A stretch of 60,746 nt of DNA from Eledone cirrhosa (taxonomy: Eukaryota). The stretch is from the NCBI GenBank assembly GCA_964016885.1, contig CAXHJY010000060.1, positions 1-60,746 of the forward strand, read 5' to 3'. The notes beneath the pieces are model-generated. The model was not told the DNA's origin, did no database searches, and saw only the letters and a list, made by a program, of their open reading frames with translations. A program made the translations under genes and the position numbers. This document shows, piece by piece, positions 14,567-28,233 of the stretch. Position 1 is the first letter of the stretch. Each line of letters starts with the position of its first letter.

Positions 14567-16589
14567 CTGTGTGAAGAAAAAGAAAAGAAGACGAGTTTAT
14601 GGAGGAGAAGTGAAAGAGCAGAATCAGAAGGAGGAACAAAGTTGAAAACAAGGATTTTCTTTGTCTCAAATCATGGCCAATGTTTGGAAGAAGTACGATT
14701 CATAGTACACAAACTAGAATAGTGTATGTAAAAAATTTATTTTCTCAATTCTAGTTGTTTGAAAAATGACATCATTATTCATTGGTATTAACCCCACCGT
14801 TACTATATTTCTAATGAAAGACGGCATAATATTTTCAAATCATTTTGAAAATATCAAGAATTTGGAGGGATTAATAACTAACATTTTATTAGACTGTTGT
14901 TTGGAACATGACGTAAAGGTTCTCACAAAGAATTATGTAAGTTTTCAGATAAATCCAAACACTTTAAAATGAATTGTTATATATCATACAACCAGAAGCA
15001 AGTCGAGCAGTGTAGTGATTCCTAAAATATATTTCTTGGAGTCTGTCAAGATGGCAATTAAATGTTAAGGAAACGAGAACTTTTCAATAGAAGCTGGATG
15101 TACAAGAAGTTAACAAATAGTTAGGTTGTCTAATACTCTCAGATAAGAATAATCTAAGATTCTGCTGAAATCTTATCGATCTGAAAAGGATATCAGAGCA
15201 ATTTATAAATAGATGTTAATGACTTTAGGAACAGGAATTGCCAAACCTTTCAGAGCATCGACCCCTTCAAGGCAATCAAGAGTACGTGCTTCAGCAGTTC
15301 CTTTATATTACAGCACGTCATTAAACCACTGCTGACGAGAATATTGATAATCTCTAGTATCACATTCTTTACCTCCAAGGATACAAACTCTCATAATGAC
15401 ATTGAAATCGCCGGCAGTACATTTAATATCAAAACTAATGTGATGTAGAACTTATGTTAGGTTTCGAAAATCTGTCAACGCCAGAAACATTTCCAGCTTT
15501 TAAGGTTAACAATTTAACAAAACAAAATAAAATATTCCATGCGAAGGTGATTTCAAAATCAAATATTCCATGCGAAGGTGATTTCACAAAATATTAAGTC
15601 CCATTATTTATTCAACGAAATAATATATTTAGAAATCAATCACAAATTTAATTCTGTACTACTGAATTCTATGCAGCATTTTGGATTATAAAAAGCAGCT
15701 TTCACATTCAAGTGTTACTGATAACAAATGATGAATATAGGATAGAACACAGGAAGGGGAGTTGTTTAAACATATACAAGTCATCAAAAGCAATATATGG
15801 ATATTATTGCTAACAGCACGAATATATATATTGCTATTTGAAGAATACTGCATACAATTGGTTTATTTGGAAACGAGACATCTCAGTAAAGTCGCCGTAA
15901 GATAAAAGACGATCGGGAATTAGTGAACATAAGCTGTTGATTCTACAGATAAATCAATATGTCAAATTAAGCATTTCTAATATAATATAATTGAATGACT
16001 ATATATGTCAAGAAAACAACAACAAAAAACGGTTACAAATAAAACACCAAATGGAACCATCTTTAACATATAGTAATATAAGATGTAAGATCTGTAAAGC
16101 TGAAAAAATCTCATTCCTAAAGCTTATATAATCTGAAATGTTTTTTAAATGCTACGTAACAGAACAATATAGACAGTTCGACAAACACGTCTTATGTAAA
16201 TGGACTCGACCACTACTAGATTAAATACATACACTACCAAAGTAAATACACCCACTAGCATTCTCTATATTTTCACAGTAAAATGCAAATTGGTTTTCGT
16301 TTTTCTGGTTGATTTCTTCATAAAAAAATTATATAATGCAGAGACTTGAGGGAATAGTTTAAGCGTTTGTCAAAAACCTTGTGGCCATTGCTTCAAAACT
16401 GAAATTGAGATCGAAACCAGACCACGATCAAATCTTTCCTTGGCCGATAAAAAAAACTACCATTCAGATACTACGATCCATTCCTCCCTATCCCAACCTC
16501 TCTTTCAGAATTGGCTAAGCTGCGCTGTGAGAAGGATGATTTTCCGACAGCAACACATTTCTATTCTGTGTTGAAGTATTGTTGAATAC

Positions 16590-16619
16590 CATTAATACAC
16601 ACACACACACACATATACA

Positions 16620-16670
<51 letters not shown>

Positions 16671-17257
16671 GTCAGATAGGGTGTGGTAAAAAACCAGGTG
16701 GACCATAACCCACCAGAGTACTCGATACTTACGGTAGTAGAGTGGGTAATATGAAAAGATTCAGGACACCGACGGCTGAGCTCCATTCGTTTTGACAGCT
16801 AGATCCGAACTAGATCTAGCTGCCAAAACGGCCAGAGCTCAGTTGTCGGGGTTCTGAATCTTGCTCCAACATAGTTGTATACACAGTATGGTATGTGTAT
16901 GTTGTACATATAATTATATACGGTATGTTTTCGAATAAACATTTGAAAGCTTTATACATAATACATACGCATATATAATACATACACGCACGCATATATA
17001 TATATATATATATATATGGTATACAATACGTACACACACATACATATGATATACAATACATACACACACAGATATGATATACAATACATACACACACACA
17101 TGATATACAATACATACACACACACACATATATACACACGCATATATATATACACATAATACATACACACGCACATATATATACACATAATACATACACA
17201 CGCATATATATATATAAATATATATATATATTAGATATTATACACAATACATACACA

Positions 17258-17297
<40 letters not shown>

Positions 17298-17530
17298 CAT
17301 ACACTTACATTTATATACATATTACATGCACACACATACATATATACATACATATACACACACATACATATATACATACATATACACACACATATATATA
17401 TACATACATATACACACACATATATATATACATACATATACACACACATATATATATACATACATATACACACACATATATATATACATACATATACACA
17501 CACATATACATTATATATATATTTATTAAA
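16590..17530. repeat. Mixed (TA)/(CA)/(TACA) microsatellite region hosting small inserts
   Basis: Visible simple repeats. Confidence 0.9.
16671..16862 (-). mobile_element. Fold-back mini-element family F1 (probable Penelope-like terminus), copy 1
   Basis: Homologous to 39306-39506 and 47609-47795; hairpin 16756-16862 plus a tail of about 85 nt ending at a microsatellite. Confidence 0.7.
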
Positions 17531-17559
17531 ATTAAACTTTAATATATATATATTTATTA

Positions 17560-17676
17560 ATATTAAACTTTAATCTGTTATTTTAATAAATATTTGCTCT
17601 ACGGTTCTTATATATTTGATATATATTTATCCTTATCGAGCCCTCTTTGGATTTTAGTCTTCAAATTTATTATTAT

Positions 17677-17680
<4 letters not shown>
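17560..17680 (+). mobile_element. Mini-element family F2 terminus
   Basis: Near-identical to 47421-47540; shorter copy at about 44930-45000; ends in (TA)n. Confidence 0.7.
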
Positions 17681-17714
<34 letters not shown>

Positions 17715-18124
17715 GAAGGTAATCAATGTATTTGTGGGGTGGACATGTGTATGCATGCGCGTGTGCGTACACGTGCATGTATGTGCACGTGCGTGTGTGT
17801 GTGAAAAAGTGTTCGTATGTTTGAAGTAGTTGAACCGTGACAGGCTGGCTGCTGTGTGAGGAGCATGCGCGCATGAACTGACCATCGTAAGGAGGTGTAT
17901 AATAATGTATATGGCGATGAATTTGTTTTACAAAGATTTTTTATATGAAACCGTGTGTTGAAAAAAATATTGTTACGTCACATTTGTCTAAATAGAATCA
18001 GGCTGGTGAGTATTGAGGTACATGGGACACGAATCCACCCACATCTTTGGCTTGCCGGACCAATGTGTTACCATTACATCAACACAACACCCATGCATCC
18101 TGCCCTTCAATTAAAAGCTATATA

Positions 18125-18458
18125 ACCATAGCAGGTATATATATATGTATATAAATAGGGAGACACAAAACAGGCTTTGTTTACAAACGACCAGCGAACT
18201 TGAAAATTAGGTAGTAACCGTGCTTACACCACATTTGACTAAGTAGAATCAGTCTGTTAGTTGGGATTTAAAAAAAAAACCCTCTGAAAGGAAAAAAAGA
18301 TGAGTATTGACGTACATGGGTCACGAACAGACTAATTGTCTTTAGTCAAATACGGCATAAACACATGTTACTACCTAATTTTCAAATTCGCTAGCCGTTT
18401 GTAAACAAAACCTGCTTTGTGTCTCCCTATGTATGTACATATATATACCTGCTATGGT
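18125..18458. repeat. Long imperfect inverted repeat (arms about 18125-18258 and 18326-18458)
   Basis: accatagcaggtatat...atagggagacacaaaacaggctttgtttacaaacg pairs with cgtttgtaaacaaaacctgctttgtgtctccctat...atatacctgctatggt. Confidence 0.85.
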
Positions 18459-19319
18459 ATATATATATGTGTGTATACATCTTCCGGGGACTCAACACAC
18501 TAACAGCACAAGCCAACACCTAACCAACAGTAAAATAACCCCCTGTTGCAGTATTGCTGGTCCAGGCTTTTCACGAAGGTACAAAAACACAACCAGAATT
18601 GGAAACTATAATCTTATCCAACAGTGCAGCCACACTTCCAGTCATCAACTGCTCCCTAAACAGGAACACAGTTCTTTAGCCATGATGAACCCGGGAAAAG
18701 TGATACAAAAGAAAAAAAAACTAATTATCACACAATACCATTCTATGCTATTATCCCAGTGCACTCCCCACCCGTTTGCTGTCACTAACAAGCAATCACA
18801 AAACAAGCTCCCTGAAACAGTCAAATCCAGCCGCGAGCGCTCCATTATCTGTATGATGTGGAAAATATTTCATCAGCATTGCCCAAATGATGTTAGCATC
18901 ATCTTTAAAATATACCCAAGGGTTAGATGCCGTGCTGTCCGCCCACAACAAAAATCAAACTCGCATCTCGTAACAACATTACGATACAATTACATTACGT
19001 CAACTGGCCCAGCTCTCTATTACATTACACTAAAACAGAAACAGATTCAACAAAATTCAAAATTTCTTAGGAATCCCGGATAAATCTCTACATCCGTATA
19101 CGTCTCCGTAAACAATAACTCTCTCTCTCTCTCTCTCTACACACACATATATATATATACACACACACACACAAATATATATATACACATAAATATATAT
19201 ACAAACATATTCCCATAAATATATTTATATATTTACATAAACACACACACGCACATATATATTTGCACACACATATGTATACATATATGCACACATAAAT
19301 ATACACTCAGATACATGTG

Positions 19320-19360
<41 letters not shown>

Positions 19361-19362
<2 letters not shown>

Positions 19363-19530
19363 CTAAAACAAAGAATGTCTGTCTGTCTGTCTGTCCAATC
19401 ACTAAAACTCGAGAGCCACCCAACCGATTGTTTTCAAACTTTACACATGTAATACTTATGGTCGTTTGAGTGTTTTCAGCAAAAAAAAAAAAAAATTCAA
19501 ATTGTCAATGCCCTAGGGAGCGCATTAGGC
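19361..19530 (+). mobile_element. Possible 5' fragment of a non-autonomous Helitron-like repeat
   Basis: TA-rich start, (GTCT)n, then aaccgatt...ttcaaactttacaca, a layout common in Helitron-derived repeats; no 3' hairpin or CTAG end found. Confidence 0.35.
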
Positions 19531-19679
19531 GATTTAGCGATCTCTTTTTGTCTCTCTTAGTCTTTCTCTTTTTAGATAGATACATAGATATAACGCTGCG
19601 CCCTTATAACATCTGTCTGTATGCCTGGCTGTCTGCATTACGTCATTATGACGCTGTGTGTGTGTGTGTGTATATATAT

Positions 19680-19746
<67 letters not shown>

Positions 19747-19759
19747 GAGATAGATAGAT

Positions 19760-22700
19760 ATATTTCTTTATTAGCCACAGGGGCACAAAAGAAGGGGACA
19801 AATACAAAGGGGGAAGTTTACATACAATAAAAACGTGTAAAATGATATCACAGATGGAATTTAAAAAGTTAGTCGATTTTCCCCAATAGAGGGAGACATT
19901 TCATATGGGTAACACATACCCCCGAAAAAAAATGTGCAACCCTCATCTCCAGGAGTACGAAGAGCTTGTACTCCTTTCCTCTCCTCCTCCTTTTCCTCAA
20001 CCTACAGGCTGATATAGAGAGAAGGCCCATTCACTCGGGCCATTCTCGCCACTTTCACCCACCTTTCATAAAACTTGATGGGGTACAGCACCTCTCTCTC
20101 CATCCTGATTCTTCTTCCAAAGTGGTATTTGAAAAAAAGAATCAGTTGTTGGCCGGAGAGAAAGGTGTCTGACCTCAGCCCTTTCAACCTTGTCCACCAT
20201 ACAACCTCTTTCGCCATAGCTATCACACAAAGGAAAACCGCCTCTCCTTCGTTTTTGAAGGAGGGTGGCGGTTTGATCATGACAATGGACTCGGTGGTCA
20301 ACTGGATTGGTCCCACCCGCGACAATAGTCGTTCTACATAGCCCCACAGGTCAGTGACGCCCGGGCAGTGTATGAATGCGTGCGCGACGGTTTCTTCGTC
20401 TCGCACGCACCTCGGACAAATCTTTTTTGCAGGGTCCCTGCCCGGGCGCCCATGTCTGTAGAGCTTGTCTCGAACTGGTAGAGCTCCTCGGTAGCACTGC
20501 CAGGCCAGGGACTTTTGGAAGTTGTCCATCGGTCCCGGGCGGAAGGTCCTACCGAACAGACTGGCCAGTTCATCTTCCTCTACGCCCAGAGTTTCACCGA
20601 GCGCGTCGTCGCACTTGCTGCGGACCAACTCTCTATAGAATGACGAAGTGGAGTCTCCACTGACCGCCGGGTCCGCCTGCCAGAGGGCTGTGAGCGCCTG
20701 AGCACATTCGATGTGCCAGTCGCCCATTTTCCTCGGTCTCTGCTTGACCCAGGACTGCAGCTCGGTCAGCGAGACGAGTCGTGGGAAGGCTCGCCTCACG
20801 AACGGGGCCCACACCGGTTGTCCGGTGAGGAATACGTAGAGATGCCGCAACCTGAGCGCGTGTTTGCGCATCGTCAACCACGGCATCCCCAGCCCTCCGT
20901 TAGAAGGGTGTTGGCAGCAGATGGATCTTCTCACCAAAGGAGTCCGCCTCTTCCAAAGGAATCGGAAGAGCGCGCGCTCCATTTTGGCGAGCGTTTTGGC
21001 TGGACAAGGCACGACGGTCAAGCGGTAGTAGATGGCGGACGCTATAAAAGTGTTCGCCACCTCCGCTCGACCTTTCAAGGATAGTTTGCACTCACCCAGA
21101 AGTGGGCCGAGTGCAAACACCTTGGCCGTCACTTCGTTCCAGTTCTTCTCCACCTGGAGGTCCGGACCAAACCAGACCCCGAGCAGCTTTACCGGTCCGT
21201 CCGTCCAGCGTCCGACGACGCCATCGGAAGGCATCGGTCTGCCTCTCCACGATCCGAGTTGCAAACCGATGGACTTGTCCCGGTTCAGCTTCGCTCCTAT
21301 GAGACTTTCGTATTCCTTTAGTAAGGTGCCGACTTCCTCGATTTGCGAGGCGCTCGACACCATTACTGTCACGTCGTCGGCGTAGGCCGACGCCGCTTTC
21401 CGCAGTCCCGGTTCCAGAGGGATGCCCTGCAATAGATCCAGCTTCCGCAGTAGTGGCTCGAGAGTCAGTACGTACAGAAGGGAGGAGAGAGGGCATCCCT
21501 GTCGAATGGATCGCGTAATATGGAACGGCTCAGAGAGGTAACCGTTCACCTTGACCCTTGAGCAGATGTTGCTGTTGTGCATTGCAGCAATCCAGCCCCT
21601 GAACACGGGTCCGAAGCCTGCCGCCTCGAGCACCGCATCCAGGTAACGATGGTCAACCCTATCGAAAGCCTTAGACTGATCCAAGTTGATCAGGGCCCCA
21701 CCGAAGCCGGGTTTACACCCTACCCTCTCTATGATGTATCGCATGAGGTGGAGGTTGTCGTGTATGGACCTGGTCGGGATCGCGCATGTCTGCGCTTCTC
21801 CCGCCAGGTTCTCACGACAAGCGCCAGCCTCTTTGCCAAAACCTTGGCCAAAATCTGTAACTCTGTGTTTAGCAGAGTTATGGGCCGGAAGTTGCCTATG
21901 TCATCCGCCTTATTCTCGTCCTTCCTGATTAGTGTGACCACGCCCCCGGTTACAGAACTGGGAATTCTCCCGTTCTGTTGCCAGTTGCAGTAGACCGCTT
22001 CCAGCAGACCGGAGAATAAGTCCGGCATTGCTACGTAAAATTCGTAGGGTAGACCGTCGAGACCTGGAGATTTGCATTTGCCGCATTGGCTCAGCGCGTC
22101 CCCTATCTCAGTGGCTGAAATCGGCTTTTCGCAGAACTTCGCCTCGCTGTCCGAGAGTCGCGGTAGGCCGTCGAGGTATGGACCGAAATCCATAGCCTCT
22201 CCCGGCCCGCCGCTCCCCCCGAACAGCCGAGCAAAGTGCCGCTGAAAAGCCGCACACATCTGCTTCGACTCACGTATCACACGTCCGTTTTGGTCCTTCA
22301 AAGACCGAATCGTGGACTTGTTGCCACTTTTTGCCTCCGTCACTCGGGCCCAGCTAACAGCTTTGGCTCCCTCGTTTCCCAGAGCACGTATTTTGCTTCT
22401 GACAACGCAGCCCTCGTGCTTTGCGTCGAAGAACTGGTCCAAGGCCGTTCTCGTTGCTAGCACGCTGGCTACGTTGCCACTTCTAATTGCCTCTTCTACT
22501 TTATCTACCAGTTCCTTCTCGGTTCTATTTCTATCTAACGCTAATTCTTTACTAAAAGTTATCGAGTCTAATTTAACTGCCCTCTTGAGAGAGTACCACC
22601 ATCTGTTGTTGACAATGGCCCCTGTCAAGTGCTGTTTAACTAAAGTGCTAATCCGTCTCCTGTAGGCTTTGCTTGTCGGTAACGACAAGTTCAGCTTCCA

Positions 22701-23790
22701 GTAGCCGGGTCCTTGTCTATGGGTTCTATCAAGGTTGGCCATGCAGGTCACTAGTTTGTGATCTGAATAGGCAACCATGAACATTTGTGGACAGCTTAAC
22801 ATGTCCCTATCCTTATTTCTAACTAGAACCCTATCTAGGTACGATCTAGATGTTCCGCTACGATTACTCCACGTCCACAGTGGCGCAGTCGGAAAATCTA
22901 GTCGATATCTATCGGCCAGGTCAAATCGGTCGATTAACTGTTTGAGGCTGTTACACCCCCCTTTATCGGGACATGCTCCCACATAGTCCCAACGTGCATC
23001 TAGGATTCCATTCCAGTCCCCCACTAAAAGCAAGGAACGGGACGTTCCCAGAAAAGTCTCTAGACGTTTGAAAAAGTCTGGCCGCGGTGTCCCGGATGGG
23101 GCATATGCGGCCACCAGCCTGAACGCTCCACCTTCACTACCGTCAACGTCTAGGACCACCAGTCGACCCTCCGGGTCCAGATGTACCGTCTGTGTTACGA
23201 GGCCCAGGTGTTTCCGCAGCAAAACGGCAACTCCGCCCCCACCTCCCGGTTGACAGAGAGATGCGTAGATCTCAAAGTCATCGAAGATGGGGGCCAGCTG
23301 TCGCTCGCCGTGGATCCTGGACTCGCAAATGGCTACCACATCCAAACTGTGCGACCTGAGGTCGTTTAAGAGTTTGCCCTGTTTCCAGGGCATCCCCAGG
23401 CCGCGTACGTTCACACATCCAACTCTTATATTGGCCATGTTGGTGCTGAAAAGTTAAAAGAGGAAAAGAAATCACTCACCCTTCGCCTCCTGGGGACCAG
23501 GCCGCACGATTTCCATGGGGGTGTTGGAGGGGTTGTCTGGATTGGTGGTGGTTTCCGGCGGGGTGGGGACGCAGATGTTTGGTGGGGTGGGGTCTGGTGG
23601 GATGGGGGTGTCTGGGGTGGGGAGGCATTTGAGAAGGACGCGGTTGAGTGGTTTCACGCAGGAATTCCCCACATCCTTCTCAAATGTTTCTTTTAGGGAC
23701 CTATAAGTTTGTATAGGGACCCTAATCAGTTTTAGGTTCTGTTTTTTGCTATTTTTTATAGAGTGGGCGAAAGTTTTCCCTTCGGTGAAA
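19760..23790 (-). mobile_element. L1/Tx1-clade LINE, 5'-truncated within ORF1
   Basis: ORF1 C-terminal remnant (23472 to about 23790), 33-nt spacer, ORF2, 3' UTR with AATAAA (19767-19772) running into (TATC)n; GATAGATA at both junctions; high GC relative to flanks. Confidence 0.93.
20002..23438 (-). pseudogene. LINE ORF2 (AP endonuclease, reverse transcriptase, C-terminal Cys/His knuckle) with one frameshift near 21812
   Basis: NVRGL, GDWN, SYLDR, SDH (APE); KSPGLDGLPYEFY, FRPITLLN, LDQSKAFDRV, RQGCPLS, AYADD (RT); CPRC..ETVAHAFIHC. Restoring one base at GTG (G)AG AAC joins the two ORFs into about 1145 aa. Confidence 0.92.
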
Positions 23791-24339
23791 ACCGAAGATA
23801 GATAAATATACACGGGTGTGTATGATTGTGTATAGAAGATTATATTAATAAAAGAAATTCCAACTTTGTCTGATTTACTCGTTTTATTTACAATCCTTTA
23901 ACATTTATAATGGTATTAGAATGAAATAGTATGGTAGAATATTAAATGTTAGGTGTTAATTGAATAAGTACTTTCATGCTTTCGCAATCTTCAGGTTCAT
24001 AATGTGTGGTGACAGTCAAGTTTGCAATTTTAATCTCATTTTAATATATATATATAATTATATATTCGTGTACAGATATTTTCTACGCCATCTTTATAAA
24101 GATGGCGTAGAAAATACAATGCAACGGGAGGAAACAATAGCACCACTGACGATGTTGCAGATGTGCAACGAAAGAACTTTGATGAACTATATATATATGT
24201 GTTTGTGTCTATATTGTATCTGTACTTTTTACCGTTGGTCAGTCAATGGAAACATTGAGGACCGAATAAATTAAATTACCGATATAAAAGACACAGAAGC
24301 GAAAAGCGAAAACCAACCAAACAGTGAGTGTGTTCTGTT

Positions 24340-24391
24340 ATTCTGTTATTAATTCTGGCAATATTACACAAATATGACCCTCCCCAAGTAT

Positions 24392-24400
<9 letters not shown>
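24340..24400 (+). mobile_element. Short Penelope-like terminal fragment ending in ATG ACC CTC CCC AAG TAT AAC AAT then (TA)n
   Basis: Matches the reverse complement of 57339-57390 and shares its last 24 nt with the pLTR end at 41122-41147. Confidence 0.7.
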
Positions 24401-24431
<31 letters not shown>

Positions 24432-24437
24432 TCTCAA

Positions 24438-24470
<33 letters not shown>

Positions 24471-24789
24471 ACCTGCAGATGATTTGAACGCCGTTATTTA
24501 TACTCAAAGGTTTCTTGTTATGTTCATTTTACTCTTAATAGTTGAAGCAGTTTATTTCCATGGAAAGACTTTCATATTTGAAATTTTTATCTCAGATTTA
24601 TTATCTGCATTTATTGCAAACCCATTTATTGCTTATATCACTAGTTATGACATGAATTAAGGCTACGTTATTTCTTCACTCTTAATCAATGCTTCAGGCT
24701 GCGAGTTAGCTTTGTGGCATTCGTTCCTTTTCTTTGCACTAAGAATTCCAATCCTAGCAAGATCAATTTTCCCTTCCATCTTTTCTAGG

Positions 24790-27350
24790 TTTTCGACTGA
24801 GCTGTTCTGTTAGAGAATGGGTCGCAGGTAGCTACAATATATGATGATTAATTGCGAAGTACCAGATTGGTCACTATCGTGAATAAACCATTAAAACTGC
24901 AATATAGTGAGAAGTAATAAATATAATCATAACGCATTGTGCTTCGCGCGGGTTAACAAGGGATACGTTCGGGATTTAGGTAGAGTGTGCCTCTACGAAA
25001 AGTATATTGCAGTCGCCATTTCATGCTACAAAAACTGGCGATGGGCCTGCAATATGTCCTGGGAGGCGTGGGATGGAGGTACAAAGATTGCTAATCCCCG
25101 TAAAGAGTCCCGAAGGGAGCAAACCTTGACAATTGGAACCTGAAACATCACAACCCTACAGGTAAGAAGTAGAAACTAGGGGAGCAGGCTAGATGCTACC
25201 GATATATATAGTCGATGTTCCTCAACAATGTTCTGTGACTCTGGTACTGTAGATTTGGATGGAGGATTGACACTCCACTATCTAGATGTGGCGCCAGAAA
25301 GAACTGCACATGTGGGAGTGAGGGTACTCACAAGCCACCCTCTGCAAGAGAGCGTTATGGACTGAATACCAATGGATGGAGAATTTTCCTTTTGAAGCTT
25401 AGGCTGAAAGATAGGTTTATACAATAGCCAAGGAGTCCGAGTACAGATTCTTCCTTGCTAAAGTCCCTGCAGCGTTAGATGCAGTTAAGACTGAGTCTTA
25501 TATCCTAATGGAGGACTTCAAAGCACATGTTGGCACTGACCAACGTTGGTGGATAAAGAAGTCAGGACCAGGTATGCAGCTATTATTGCATCCATTTTCA
25601 GAGAACTCCGTGAACAAATTGAAGACGTTGTAACGGAATAACGATTGTTTAGCTCAGCAGTTTCTGCTTCAACTTTTAAATGCTGCCGGCGAATGAAGCT
25701 TGATGTGGCGCTGGATGGCAGGAGGATCACTTGGTTCAATCAAGAGGTGAAAGATGCCATCCTAGCAAAGGAAGAGGTTGACAAAGCTTCGCTTGGAAAT
25801 ATGTCCTCCTTCTTGCACTTGTGGTACAAGCAGACACGAAAAGTCGCAACAGAGACAATAAAAGCGTCCAAAGATTAGACATCGGTATACTTTGGAGTTA
25901 TACTGGAACCCGACTTCAGATCAGCAAATAAAGCGTTCTGGCAGACCATCCGCCGATTTCGTCACAAGAATAGTCAAAGAGCTCAGTTGTGGCAAGATGG
26001 CTGGAGTAGATGAAATTCGATCCGATATGTTAAAAGCCTTAAATAGAGAAGGCATTCCCTGGCTGAGTCGTGTGTGCCGAGTGTCTTGGATCTCTGGAAA
26101 GGCACCTAAGCAATGACAATCGGGAGTGATAATACCAAAGTGTAATGCGAGAGACAAAAGAGATTCCTTTAATTATAGAAGGATTTTCTTATTAAGCCTC
26201 CCCGGTAACGCCTATACTAAGTGTTTGGCAAAGAGATGTAGGGAGATTTTCGTGTCGAAGCTAGGTGATGAACTGTGTGGTTTATACCGACCAAATATTT
26301 AGACTGCGGCAGGTCTTTGAAAAATCGTGGAAGAGGTGTATTCCTGCTTTATAGACCTCGAAAAGGCCTATGAACGCGTTTTGTTGCCTCGACGTCTCCA
26401 TATGAGTTCCCGAGCATATATGTTCGGATAAATGGTGCTATATCAAAACCATTCAATCTCGGAATCCGACTCCACCAAGGGTGCGTACTGTCCCCTCTCC
26501 TGTTCATTATTTTCATGAACAGAATTGAAATACGCATTTGGGTTAGAAGTGGTATCACGAAATTGGCAGGTGTAAAATAAGTCAGCTAGAATTTGAAGAC
26601 GACATGGTACTACTTAAATCGTCAGAATGTGATCTCTGAATTGCACTTGATAGGTTTGATACCAAATACTACATGGCTGGAATGAAAATTATAGCTGCGA
26701 AGACAGAGACGCTCGAACTTTCAAGAAAGTACGTGCAGTGCACTATATATGAATGGAGTTCCAATGAAGCAAGTGCAGAAGTTCAAGTATATCGGGTTTA
26801 TGTTTACAAGGAAGGCAGAAAGCTGAATTAAGTGCAAGAATTTCAGGAGCTGATGCAGTAATGCACCAACTTCAGCATTCGGTAATAAGGTGTAAAAGCT
26901 GAACTCGATATCTTCAATTCGGTATTCGTGCCAACCTTTACCTATGGTCATGAATCTTGGGTAATGATCGAAATACGATTGAGAATAGAAGCGGGGGGGG
27001 GGGGATGGGGTTCCTCCGAAGGGCTTTTAGGGTAAGGTTACTCAGAGTTCGTAGCTCAAACATCAGAGAGTTAGTATAGGTAGAACCACATTTATCCAAA
27101 TTGAGAGATCACCGCTCCTATATTCTGGCCATGTCGTTAGAATGTCTCAAGAAAAAATGACTGAACAGATTTTACGAGCAAAATCAATCGGTAGGAGATC
27201 CAGTGGTAGACCCCGAGCAAGATGGTTGTATAACATCCATAAGCTCGGCTGGTCATGATTGGGAATCCAACCGGATCAATTAGTGACGGTTGCTTCTGAC
27301 AGAGCCCAGTGGAAGGAGTGTTTAAGGACTCTGCCCCCACGACCTTCAGG
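24790..27350 (+). mobile_element. Decayed near-full-length RTE-clade LINE
   Basis: Remnants LTIGT(W)NITTL, KMAGVDEIRSDMLKAL, NYRRISLLSLPG, FIDLEKAY, QGCVLSPLLFIIFM, FEDD, GHVVRM; many stops and frameshifts. Confidence 0.88.
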
Positions 27351-27970
27351 TCTTTTCGAAGAAGTAGGTCTTGTCGATGTCAATGAATACAGTACTAGCC
27401 TCAAAACTGGCGTTCAATCACCTTTTCTCACCACCTTACACATTTCTAACTAGTTGATATCGGAGAGGGATGGACTTTGCCATGTTTAAATGCCAAAGAT
27501 ATGCCGTATACCACTGCGGCGCCACTACGACTCCACGGCATGGCAATCAAATACCATTATTTTTCAGCGCAATCTTTTTGGTGAACTTTTCTTATGTGTG
27601 ATTATATATTCTGGCTATTATTTTTCTACTGTTCACTAAGGTCATTGGGTGTAAAGATAAAAAATATTACCGAGAATATCATAATAGCTAAATGTAACAG
27701 CCACGTTTTTAATGTTGAAATTTACGATGATATCCATGTTTACATTTTGTTTCTTACCAGATAAAAAAGACTTGTGTGCATGCGTTCGTTGTGTACGTGT
27801 GCGTGTTATGGATTTGTATAGGTTTCAGCCCTTTTATATATTTTAATTCTCTCTCATACTTTTTCTCTCTTCCATATTTTCGAACGTAACAGATAAACCA
27901 GCAAGGAGACCAACAGACATTGTGTATTATAGATTAAATATAAGAAAAATTCCACAAAAGCGAAACTAAC

Positions 27971-28094
27971 CATGACAAATATGCTTGGCATCGACAGTAG
28001 AATAGCTAACGTCCAGACTGCTGGTAATATCTTTCTCGTATTTCCTGCAGTACACCACCAGCGTGAAATCATTGGGTGTACAATTACCATGTAT
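27971..28094 (-). CDS. Internal exon of class A GPCR: (E/D)RY end of TM3, ICL2, TM4
   Basis: Acceptor ttttttattacAG|A TAC, donor GTC ATG|GTtagt; 124 nt, phase 2 to 0. Encodes (R)YMVIVHPMISRWWCTAGNTRKILPAVWTLAILLSMPSIFVM (RYxxIVHP and TM4 W..S.P motifs); joins exon 14346-14566 in frame. Confidence 0.93.
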
Positions 28095-28233
28095 CTGTAA
28101 TAAAAAAAACAAAATAAAACTTATGATTAACAGTGGGACATATTCATGCTTTTTTGTTTATGTATGTACACACACACACATTATATATATAATAATAATA
28201 AGTTGACGGGACTAGCATATATATTTTTTATTG

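Noticed and set aside
15130-15330. Possible hAT dimerisation-domain remnant (LAIP..LF..SDIL.DR) on the minus strand
   Set aside because: Needs several frameshifts; cannot be supported by eye. A translated HMM search would decide.
18433-19083. 216-aa ORF in C/A-rich sequence
   Set aside because: No recognisable domain; likely a decayed repeat with compositional bias.
23446-23479. Intron-like GTGAGT...TTTTCAG between LINE ORF1 and ORF2
   Set aside because: Only 34 nt long, and removing it does not put ORF1 in frame with the ORF2 ATG.
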